Below are positions 45,421-55,159 of a stretch of DNA of 64,000 bases, one piece after another. The stretch covers positions 1,054,001 to 1,118,000 of the forward strand of contig CP060759.1 in the NCBI GenBank assembly GCA_023205875.1, read 5' to 3'. This DNA is from Chloropicon primus (Eukaryota). How positions within the stretch are numbered: position 1 is the first letter of the stretch; every line of letters begins with the position of its first letter. Position numbers and translations under genes: made by a program. The notes under the pieces were generated by a model. That model saw nothing but the letters and a program-made list of their open reading frames with translations, ran no database searches and was not told where the DNA came from.

Positions 45421-47319
45421 ATGGTACAGGCGGGTGGAGGGTTTACGACGAGGTCGAGGGTGGCCAGGGTAACACACTACAACGCCGTGCGCTTGGGGCG
45501 GCAACCAGGAAGGAACCACAGGAGAGGGGCGAGAATAACGGTCAGGAGAGCTTTGTACGAGCCCGAGCAGAGGACCACCAGGGGGGAGAGGAACGACGAC
45601 AAGCGGGACGGGGCTGGTGCGCGCGCCAAAGGGCAGAACAGGGTGCCTCACGTGAGGGAGGGGTTCATAGAGAGGAAGGACAAGGAGAACGGGATTCTGG
45701 CGCCTTCCGACGGGGGGCTGCTGAGGAAAACCAAGAGACGCACGAGATTTTGCGCCGAGGCTCCGTTTCCGTACCAGGAGACGGACTTGTACGGTGACGA
45801 GATGGTGGCCAGCGAGGACGTGGAGAAGGTCTTCCAGGGCGCGGAGGCGGGGATCGACAAGTACTTGGCGCTCAGGGCTTTGCACGCCAAAGACCCGAGG
45901 GGCTACTATCGCCTGCTCGTGGAGCACACCGAGGAGGTCCTGCCGTTCATCTACACGCCGACCGTGGGAGAGGCGTGCCAAAAGTACTCGAAGCTCAATA
46001 TCCAGACCACAGGCCTTTACCTGTCCCTCGCGGACAGGGGCAGGATCCTCGACAAGCTGAGGAGCTGGAAGCACGGGGACAAGGTGAGCGCGATCGTCGT
46101 GACGGATGGGGAGCGCATCCTTGGGCTGGGGGACCTCGGCGCCGGCGGCATGGGCATCAGCGAGGGGAAAATCCAGCTGTACACGGCCGCGGCCGGGGTG
46201 AACCCGGACTCCTGCCTTCCGATCTGCCTGGACGTCGGAACGAATCGCGAGTCTCTGCTGGAGGACCCCGACTACATCGGAATGAGGCAGAAGAGGCCCA
46301 CCGGCATCCCTTACTACTCCTTCCTGGACGAGTTCATCCAGGCTCTCAAGGCCTGGAGGCCCCACTTGCTCCTCCAGTTCGAGGACTTTGGCAATCACAC
46401 CGCCTTCGTCCTCCTGAACAAGTACCGAAATCAGCTGTGCTGCTTCAACGACGACATCCAGGGCACGGCCGCCATCACCCTGGCCGGCATTCTTGGGGCG
46501 CTGCGCCTCAAGAGCGGGGGCCTGACGGACCAGAAGATCCTGTTTCACGGCGCCGGGGAGGCTGGGGTCGGCTGCGGAGAGCTCATCGCTCTGGCGCTCA
46601 ACGTTTGGCACGGCGTGCCCCTCCCAGAGGCGAGGAAGCGCATCCTCTTCATGGACTCCAAGGGGCTGGTCTGCAAGCAGAGAGTTGCCAAGCTCCAGGA
46701 CCACAAGATTCCCTTCGCACACGACTTAGACTACGCCCCTGACCTCCTCACCGCGGTCAAGCTGCACAAGCCGACCGTGCTCGTCGGGGTCTCCACCCAG
46801 AAGGGCGCCTTCTCCGAGGAGGTGATCAGAGCGATGTGCGACAACTGCAACAGGCCGGTCATCTTCCCCTTGTCGAATCCAACCAGCAAGTCGGAGTGCA
46901 CCTACCAGGAGGCCTTCGAGGCCTCCGAGGGCAAGGTCATCTTCGCCAGCGGTAGTCCCTTCGACCCTCTCACCATGAGGGACGGACAGACGTTTTACCC
47001 GGCCCAGGCCAACAACGCTTACATCTTCCCAGCGGTGGGCCACGCCGCGATCCTGTGCAAGGCCAAGTGCATCCCAGACGAAGTCTTCCTGGAGGCGGCA
47101 AAGTGCCTCTCCGGTCTCTCCTCGGACCGGGACTTGGTCAAGGGGAAGCTCTTCCCATCCTTCTCGGAAATCAGGGAAGTCTCCGCTACGATCACGGCCC
47201 ACTTGTGTAAGTACATCTGCGAGCAAGGCTTGGGAGAAGCGCCAGAAGGCCTGGAGGGGTCGGATTTCTCTGCCTGGTTGAGCTACGCGCGAGAGCAAAT
47301 GTACGAGGTTCGTGGTTGA
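45421..47319 (+). CDS. NAD(P)-dependent malic enzyme, likely organelle-targeted
   Basis: PFIYTPTVGEAC, VVTDGERILGLGDLG, QFEDF, FNDDIQGT, GAGEAG, LSNPT, QANNAYIFP. Confidence 0.95.
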   Translation: MVQAGGGFTTRSRVARVTHYNAVRLGRQPGRNHRRGARITVRRALYEPEQRTTRGERNDDKRDGAGARAKGQNRVPHVREGFIERKDKENGILAPSDGGLLRKTKRRTRFCAEAPFPYQETDLYGDEMVASEDVEKVFQGAEAGIDKYLALRALHAKDPRGYYRLLVEHTEEVLPFIYTPTVGEACQKYSKLNIQTTGLYLSLADRGRILDKLRSWKHGDKVSAIVVTDGERILGLGDLGAGGMGISEGKIQLYTAAAGVNPDSCLPICLDVGTNRESLLEDPDYIGMRQKRPTGIPYYSFLDEFIQALKAWRPHLLLQFEDFGNHTAFVLLNKYRNQLCCFNDDIQGTAAITLAGILGALRLKSGGLTDQKILFHGAGEAGVGCGELIALALNVWHGVPLPEARKRILFMDSKGLVCKQRVAKLQDHKIPFAHDLDYAPDLLTAVKLHKPTVLVGVSTQKGAFSEEVIRAMCDNCNRPVIFPLSNPTSKSECTYQEAFEASEGKVIFASGSPFDPLTMRDGQTFYPAQANNAYIFPAVGHAAILCKAKCIPDEVFLEAAKCLSGLSSDRDLVKGKLFPSFSEIREVSATITAHLCKYICEQGLGEAPEGLEGSDFSAWLSYAREQMYEVRG

Positions 47320-47445
47320 GTCCTCACCAACGACTTTTTGTTAAAGTTATTATCCAAAAATAATAGAATTGGGAGATCCTCACTTTTTTATTAGAAGGCA
47401 AAAAAGCACAACGCACTCACAACAACACCCCCCAAGCGGTGCAAA

Positions 47446-49110
47446 TCAGGCTTTCTTCGCTTCGCTCCACACGAGATGGTCGCCCAGCGTGGTCTTGTGA
47501 ATGATCATAGGCCTCTTCGTGGCCTCTGCAGGCGTCGCAAAAGCCATGGCATTCGAGGTCTGGTACGCCTTGGAGCCCTTCCTGCTTGCGGAGCTCATGG
47601 GCACTTGACTCTTTTGCCTCAACCCCCCGTTGGCCCTCATTCCCAATCTGTTCAAGTCCTTGGTCGGGGAGACCAGGGAGGCTGGGTTGTACACGTCCTG
47701 GCTGTGGGAGGCGTACACCTGCCCGTCCGTCGTCATGGTGTGGTTCAGCTTCACCGTGCTCCTCAGGTTTTCCTGCCTCGTCTTGGGCTTGATCTCGACC
47801 TTGGATTTGATGTACTCCGAGGCCACGTCCTTGAGCTCCTGCTTTACCCTCTCCATCCGCTTCTTTGTGTGCTGCTTCTCCTTCTCTGCAAACGTCAGGT
47901 TCACCCTAGAACTCGTCCTCGCCCACTGGAATCGATCGTTGGACTTGCCACCCGCATCAAGTTGAACGAACATGTCGTTCATCGTGGTGTCGTACTTTCC
48001 CTTGGGCAGCTGCCCCGGGACCCAAGTAGACCTCGTCCTCTTGTGCTCTGGTATCTGGTGAGCTTGCACCTGGTAGAGGGGAAGAGCATCACCGGAGGCC
48101 GTCCCGTAATTCCTGGTCCGGTCGACCAACTCCCCAGGCTTGCCCACGAAGGCAAAAGTTCCCGCAGGACCCTCGAAGAGCTGCTCGCTCGCCTTCACGG
48201 GCTCCTTAATAGGCTTCTTTCCCCATTTCCACGGCTCCTTCTCCTCCTTCTCCTTGGTTTTCGCGGCGTCCTTGCCTCCCATGATAGGGGCAAACTCACT
48301 CAGCTCCTTGTGAGATTTGTTCCACTTCTTCCTGCCCAGCTCCTTGGTCGGGTGGACCAGAGCCTCGTTCGTGTGATCAGGGTACACGCTGCCCGTGTGC
48401 GTCTTCATGTTGGCCCAAGTCACGTTGTTCGCTTTGTTCTCTAGGTCAACAGTGGAGCTCGTCCTGTTCCAACTGAAGCGGTCCGTGGCCTTCCTGTCCG
48501 CCTTGCTCACCTTGTCGTGCAAGTCCTCGTACGAAGTGTTGAACTTTCGCCTCCCCCGACCGAACTGGACCTTGCTGTCTGTCGTCTGAGGCAGCTTGGT
48601 CGGCGGGTATATCGTCTTAGGGTCCTCGTACTTGACGTTGTTGAAGATATCCGCTGCCTTCTCCTTGCTCGCGTCGATGAGGGATATCTTGGAGGCGAGC
48701 TGCTGCTGCTGCTTTGCCTTGGAGACCGTCGAGGGGTTCACCTCGTCCAGGCTCACGTCCTCGAAGTTCTGCGTGTAATGCGTGTCGTACTCCGCGCCCT
48801 CGCCTCCGAGGTCCACCTCCGATTGAGTCCTGTGCCACCTGTGCCTCCTGTCGTTCACGCGGTCCGTGTAAGGCGTCCAGCTCGACTTGGTCAGCGTGTT
48901 GTACTGGGTCTTGTTCTTCGGAACTCTGTTGAAGATCTTTTTCGCACGCAGGGCCTTGTGAACCTCCTTGGAGAAACCAATGGGTTTGCCGAAGGCATCC
49001 ACCTGCGCGCCGGAAACCCCGACGGTCGCCGCCTTTCTCAAGGTTTCCGCCGCGGAGAACCACGCCTCCCTCCTCTGAGGGTCGTTCTCGTCCACTTCAA
49101 TCTTCGTCAT
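47446..49110 (-). CDS. Hypothetical basic repeat protein, candidate axonemal microtubule inner protein
   Basis: Long ORF with genome-typical codon use; repeats YDTHYTQNF, FNTSYEDLH, YDTTMNDMF, YQTSNAMAF and (D)R..W.RT.S.V.L. Confidence 0.65.
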   Translation of the reverse strand: MTKIEVDENDPQRREAWFSAAETLRKAATVGVSGAQVDAFGKPIGFSKEVHKALRAKKIFNRVPKNKTQYNTLTKSSWTPYTDRVNDRRHRWHRTQSEVDLGGEGAEYDTHYTQNFEDVSLDEVNPSTVSKAKQQQQLASKISLIDASKEKAADIFNNVKYEDPKTIYPPTKLPQTTDSKVQFGRGRRKFNTSYEDLHDKVSKADRKATDRFSWNRTSSTVDLENKANNVTWANMKTHTGSVYPDHTNEALVHPTKELGRKKWNKSHKELSEFAPIMGGKDAAKTKEKEEKEPWKWGKKPIKEPVKASEQLFEGPAGTFAFVGKPGELVDRTRNYGTASGDALPLYQVQAHQIPEHKRTRSTWVPGQLPKGKYDTTMNDMFVQLDAGGKSNDRFQWARTSSRVNLTFAEKEKQHTKKRMERVKQELKDVASEYIKSKVEIKPKTRQENLRSTVKLNHTMTTDGQVYASHSQDVYNPASLVSPTKDLNRLGMRANGGLRQKSQVPMSSASRKGSKAYQTSNAMAFATPAEATKRPMIIHKTTLGDHLVWSEAKKA

Positions 49111-50069
49111 CTTCCCCCCGTCCTTTTCTTTTCACCAATTCACTGCCTCTTCACTTCTTCCTCTCTCTCGTTCTGGTCCTATCAATACATCCTCCCCAGC
49201 CTTTTCCTCCTTGCGCAGAGCAAGTTTCTAATCTTTGAAGCGAACAAGGCTCCCGTCTCGTGTGTTGTGTTTCCCCTCCGTCTGTGCTCGTCCCCTTCCC
49301 TCCCTCCCTCTCTCTCTCGTCCTCGTTCTCCTCGTGCCTCGTGTCTCGCTCGGTCACCTCACCGTTGGACCCCCGTACGTATGGCATTGCCCCCTTCCCC
49401 CCTTGGTCAAACCAGTCGGATCTCATTCGGATCTCCAAGAGGGCCCAAGATCAACAGAGAGACAGAGAGACAGAGGAGGCAATGCAAGGCAAGGCAAGGC
49501 AAGGCTTGGGGGCATCACCGCGAGTTCTGGGGCCCAAGGGGGTGATCCCAATCATACGAAAGGTTGTGGAGTGTCCCTCCTTCTCCTCGCCAGGGCCAGG
49601 GCGTTTCTGAGGAAGACAATGCATTCATGGCAGTCGTACGAAGGAAACTCTGGAGCTGAGGTGGGAGACGAAGCATGCGACAGGAAAACTCTGGACCCCT
49701 CGCGACGATCCTCCGCTTCGCCAGCCCCACATGCGATGGACGACGCGATGATCCACGATTCTCGTTCGATTCTGATTCTTCTGCAGCAAGAGAGGGACAG
49801 GGGAGGAACGAGGGAAGGGGTCCGCACCTCCAAAGGCCTTTGGAGGAAGAGCGGGGCCGTGGAGCCCATGCAGGCCTCAAGGGGAGTCCACTCGTTCGTC
49901 ACGGCCCGTGGCGCCGGCCGCGTGCTCAGAGTTGTCTTCATATATATATAAAGTCAATCGATTCATATTCTAAGTGTACATATTTCTACCAAGGCTTGTT
50001 TCGCGCCTCTTCTTGCTCGGGGTTCTGGACGTCCGCGTGGCTGCATTGGTTCCTTCCCGGCTCATATAA

Positions 50070-50552
50070 CTAAAGGGAGTGAATCAATATGTGGCCGACG
50101 GGGGCGTCCACCATGCTCCCTGACTCCCTGTCCTTCATGTCCTTCACTTCCATGCCGTCCACGTCGACCATGTCCTGGTCTAATGTCAATGCTGTTCTGT
50201 TGCGGCCGACCTCCTTGTTCCTGTCCCCGGCCCTCCCAGACCCAGGGGCGACGTCGTCCCTCAAGTGATGGCTGTCGAGCCGCCTCCTGGGCGTGCGAAT
50301 TCGGAGCTTGGGGCTGGGACTCGTCTCGTCCTCCGAGGAGCCGCGACTGTTCAGTTGTCGGGACAGCAAGCTCGTGCCCTTTGCCGAGAGCTCGCCGCTG
50401 TTCACTCTCCTATGCACCACGCCCGAAGGCCCGGACGGTGCGAGGGCGACCTCAAAGCCGCAAATCTGGGTGCTGGCGCCGCTCCGGCTCGAGTCTGGTG
50501 TCGACACCTGCGACGACGCCCTCGTTTCTCCCTTGTACTCCTCGAACGACAT
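50070..50552 (-). CDS. Hypothetical disordered protein (160 aa)
   Basis: ATG in good context (accATG), GC3-rich codons, no recognisable domain. Confidence 0.45.
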   Translation of the reverse strand: MSFEEYKGETRASSQVSTPDSSRSGASTQICGFEVALAPSGPSGVVHRRVNSGELSAKGTSLLSRQLNSRGSSEDETSPSPKLRIRTPRRRLDSHHLRDDVAPGSGRAGDRNKEVGRNRTALTLDQDMVDVDGMEVKDMKDRESGSMVDAPVGHILIHSL

Positions 50553-51558
50553 GGTTCAAAGTTCTCGCTTCCCTCCCCTTTGTCTCTCTTCGTGTCTCTT
50601 CGTGTCTCTTCGTGTCTCTTCGTAGGGCGGCTTCACCGCTCCCTCTCTTGCAAGAGTGTCTCCCTTCGTTGGTGCCTCATACTCTATAGACTACTCCCGC
50701 CACCCCCCGCCGACTCCGTTGCACGCGCCAGTCCCTTGGTTGTTGTCTCCGGTCCCGGTGTAGCGGTCGTGCGCCAAGGCCAAGCCTTGGTCTGTGCGTA
50801 CCTTATCTACGGTGGTCTCGGTGTTGCAAGTGGTGCGTTGTTGCTCACGTTTGTTCTTCCCGATGGACACGGCCCTTCTGTCCTGTGTCCTGGGCTGGGA
50901 GACCGAGACCGAGGCCTTGGCCAAAGGGCTATTCTCCTAATGGACTCCAGGAGGGAGAGGAAGAGGGAGATGAAGAGGAAGAGGGAGAGGAAGAGGAAGA
51001 GGAAGAGGAAGAGGAAGAGGAAGAGGAAGTTTACAACAACACAACAACACAGGTGTAGTGTAGTGTTGGCCGTGCTGACGTCGAGGAAAACAAAGAAACC
51101 AACCAACCAAGGCCTATCTCGAGGAGGAGGAGATCAAAGAAGGGGACAACAGAAGGACAACTCAACTCGTAACTCGTTTCTACGACGAAGACAGCCAAGA
51201 GAAACGCATCTTGGTTGTCACAACAACACGGGTTGGGCACCGTCAGCTCCTCAGAGAGAGCTGCGGCCGACAATCCTCTCTCGCTTTGGCGGGAGCTGGG
51301 TTGCATTTAAATTCACCCTTCTGTGGCATTGGGCTATATACTTTCCAAGAGCGGCCACGTGCGTTCGAGTTCGTCCTGTTCCCTTCTCCTCTCCCCTGCT
51401 CCCCTTCTCCCCTGCTCCTGTCCCAAAGCGGAAGTTTAAGTGTTCGAGTGTTTGCACTCCGGGAGGTGATCCTCTTTCAAGCAAGCAGCAACAGATCGAA
51501 AGGAGAGGAGAGAGGAGAGGAGAGAGAAGGAGAGGATCCCTTCCTCACCACCATCATC

Positions 51559-54500
51559 ATGGCGACGCAGGAAATCGTAGCGGCGCTCACGCAGTCCCAG
51601 TCCCACCTTCCGGTAAGAGGCCTCGAGGACTCCACCACGAAGCGTAAAAAAACTGACGAAAGAAAAACCTCCGCCTTCTCCTTCCCTCCTTGTTGTTTGT
51701 TGTTGTGATCTGGCTCTTTCTCTGTCCGACAGGGTCCTCGGAAAGAAGCCGAGAATTACCTGAAGAGCGCCGGGCAAAATGCGGGGTACGCGTCCGCACT
51801 GATCAACGTGCTCCTGGCTCAGGGGCTCGACCTCGCGGTGCAGCAAGCGGCCGCGGTGGCCTTCAAGAACCATGTAAAGTACCACTGGGAGCCCAAGGAC
51901 GACAACCCCTTCAACGAGGCCTTGATCCCCATAGCGGAGGAGGAGAAGGCGCAGATCAAGACGCACCTGATTACCCTGATGCTGGGCTCGTCCAGGAACG
52001 TCCAGCTGCAGCTCAGCGAGGCCCTCACGATCATATGCTCGACGGACTTTCCAGAAAAGTGGCAGAACCTCATCCCGGAGTTGGTGTCCAAGTTTCAGTC
52101 CCAGGACCAGAACATCCTGAACGGGGTGCTGCAGACCGCCGGGTCGATCTTCAAGCGGTACAGGAACCAGTACAAGTCCCAGGAGCTTTACAAGGAGCTC
52201 AAATACGTGCTGGACAACTTCGTGGGCACCTCGGAGGGCCCCAAGCCTTTTTTGGACCTCTTCAAGCGCACGGTAGCCTTGGTCGAGGCGAGCCAGAACG
52301 ACGTCAACTCGCTCAAGCTGGCCTTCCAGAACTTGTACACCATCCTCCGGATCTACTTCTCCCTCCACTCCCAGGAGCTGCCGGAGGTGTTTGAGGACAC
52401 CATGGACGAGTGGATGGGCGAATTCCACAAGTTCCTGAATTACGAGAACGCCGCGCTGGAGTCCGCCACGGACGAGGAGAGCATCCTCACCAGGGTGAAG
52501 GCCGCGATCTGCGAGAACGTTAATGTATACATAGAAAAGAACGAGGAAGAGTTCGAAAAGTATCTGCAGACTTTTGCTACAGATATCTGGGGGCTGCTCC
52601 TCAAGGTAGGCGCGCAGACCAACAAGGACAAGTTGACCACGACGGCGATTAGGTTTTTGACCACCGTGGCCAAGAGCGTGCACCACAAGCTCTTCGAGGA
52701 TGACAACACAATGAAGCAGATCTGCGAAGGCGTCGTGATACCGAATCTGAGAATGAGGGAGGACGAGGAGGAGCTTTTCGAGATGAACTTCATCGAGTAC
52801 ATCCGCAGGGACATGGAAGGCAGCGATAGCGACACGAGGAGGAGGAGTGCCTGCGAGCTGGTCAAGAGCCTCACGGAGAAGTTTCCAGATAAGCTGACGG
52901 CCCTGTGCTCGCAGTACATCAGCGTGCTTGTGCAGGAGTACAGCACGAACCCTCAGGCCAACTGGAAGTCCAAGGACTGCGCCATGTACCTCATCATGGC
53001 CTTGACGGTCAGAGGAAAGACGGCGGCATCAGGCGCAACGAGCACGAACCAGCTGGTCAACATCGGCCAGTTCTTCCAGGAGCACGTGGTCCCGGAGCTG
53101 CAGTCGGGGAAGGACACCCTTCCCGTCCTCAAAGCGGACTGCTTGAAGTTCATCATCACTTTCAGGTCTCAGCTGCCAAAGGACACGTGCATCGCGCTCT
53201 TCCCCAGCATCATTAACCTGCTGATGGCCGAGTCCAACGTAGTGCACTCTTACGCCGCGACCTGCGTGGAGAGGATGCTGGCCTTGAAGGAATCCGGCAA
53301 GGCGCGCTTCCAGGAGGAGGAGCTCCTTCAATTCATACAGACGCTGCTCACAAGCTTGTTCCATGGCATGGAGCAGCCAGAGTCCGAGGAGAATGAGTAC
53401 CTCGCAAAGTGCTTCATGAGAATTGTGAGCTTCTTTGGCCCAAAAATCGGTGCGCTGACGACCGAGTGCATGAAGCACGGGTGCGCCAAGCTGGAGAGGA
53501 TCTGCAGAAACCCCACCAACTCCAACTTCAACCACTACATGTTTGAGACCGTGGCTGCGCTCATCAAGAGCAGCGTGGAGGGGAACCTGAACAACCTGAG
53601 TCAGTACGAGCAGTTCCTGTTCCCAGTCTTCCAGATTGTGCTCGTGGAGGACTTGGAGGACTTCGCGCCCTACATCTTCCAGATCCTGTCGCAATTGATC
53701 GAGGTATACACCCCTCCACTGCCGGCGGTGTACACCCAGATCTTCCCCCCTCTCCTCAACCCGGTGATGTGGGAGCGATCGGGTAACGTCCCTGCCTTGG
53801 TCCGCTTGCTCCAAGCCTACCTGCAGAAGCAGCAAGTGACGGGCGACCAGCTCCAGGGGGTTCTAGGCGTCTTCCAGAAGCTGATAGCATCGAAGGCTCT
53901 CGACCACCAGGGGTTCTACATCCTGAACGCGCTCGTGGAAAGCCTGCCGAGTAGTGCACTGGGGCCCTACCTGACGAACATCTGGAGCCTCCTCTGTCAA
54001 AGGCTGCAGACCTCGTCTACGCCAAAGTACACCAAGCACTTTCTGATATTCCTTGCCATGTTCATCGACAAGCACGGTGTTTCGGTTGTCATGAACAGCA
54101 TAGATTCGCTGCAGCAAGGGCTTTTCGGCATGCTCCTTCAGCAGGTGCTTATGCCCAACTTCTCCGCTGTCAAGGGTGATGTGGAGTCGAAGCTTTGCGC
54201 CGTGGCCTTGACGAAGATACTCTGCGACTGTCCCACCATACTTAGCGACACGGCGACCTGGGGGCAGCTCCTGAGCATCTTGGTTTCTTACATTGAGGGC
54301 GTCACCGTGAACGACGGGGACGAAGGCTCAGGTTTCGACATGGATGCGATGGTGGGCTACTCGGCTGCTTACGCCCAGCTGCACCATGCTCAGAAGAAGG
54401 AGGTCGATCCTCTGCCGAACATCTCAGATGTCAGGGCGTACCTCGCACAGTCCCTGTCCAAGCTCTCCCACACGCACCCTCTGGCCACCACGGTCTCTCA

Positions 54501-54570
54501 GGTCCTCAGCAGCGAGTCGCAAAACACTTTGAGGTCCTACTTGTCGGCGGTCAACGCCACTTTGAACTGA
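51559..54570 (+). CDS. CSE1: Exportin-2 (CSE1/CAS); exons 51559-51612 and 51733-54570
   Basis: AAAVAFKNHVK.HW, DFPEKWQNL, EYIRRDMEGSDSDTRRR, VVHSYAA, GNVPALVRLL. Confidence 0.96.
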
Positions 54571-54665
54571 AGATAAGTAAGTAATAACACTGATACTATA
54601 TAAAAAAAGTCGGCTTCCACCTTCGCGAGACCACCCAAGTACGGCGTCCACACCCGCAGGGTCGT

Positions 54666-55091
54666 CTACGAGACCGTGATCTTGTACGGCCCCTCGCCTT
54701 CGAGGACGCCCAGCAAGATATCGATGTTGGGATGAGAGCTCGGGACCTCCCTCGCCTCCGCTACGAACTCGTCGTACACTTCCAGACCCCACATTGCCGC
54801 CTCCACGTCCACGGCCCCCCCGAACTTCCTCGACATCTCGGCATAGATTCTCACCGACGCGAGCTTGCCTGGTTTCGCCTCGATGGTGTGAAAAATCTCC
54901 TCCCTCTCGTTGAAGAGCGCAACCTTCTTGACGTGCGCGTACTCCGGTATCGCGCTGAGGTTCTCCTTCAGTCCGCGGGCCACATGTCTCGACCTCTGTC
55001 GTCCCCTGGCCGGACACCTCACCCCACTCGACGTCGACATCATCATCTTCCTTCTAACGAGATCTAGATCTCTGTCGCACAAGAGCGACAC
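54666..55091 (-). CDS. DUF2322-like protein with putative transit peptide (alternative start 55046)
   Basis: LKENLSAIP...IEAKPGKLASVRIY...AA.WGLEVYDEFVAEAREVPSSHPNIDILL resembles my recollection of the proteobacterial DUF2322 family. Confidence 0.65.
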   Translation of the reverse strand: MSLLCDRDLDLVRRKMMMSTSSGVRCPARGRQRSRHVARGLKENLSAIPEYAHVKKVALFNEREEIFHTIEAKPGKLASVRIYAEMSRKFGGAVDVEAAMWGLEVYDEFVAEAREVPSSHPNIDILLGVLEGEGPYKITVS

Positions 55092-55159
55092 ATGGTGGTT
55101 GGTTGCCTATTCTATCTGTTATAACTTATTGCCTTTACATGAATTCGATGATGGGCTGG

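Noticed and set aside
49619..49951. Short plus-strand ORF MHSWQSYEG...
   Set aside because: No motif or homology recalled; insufficient support.
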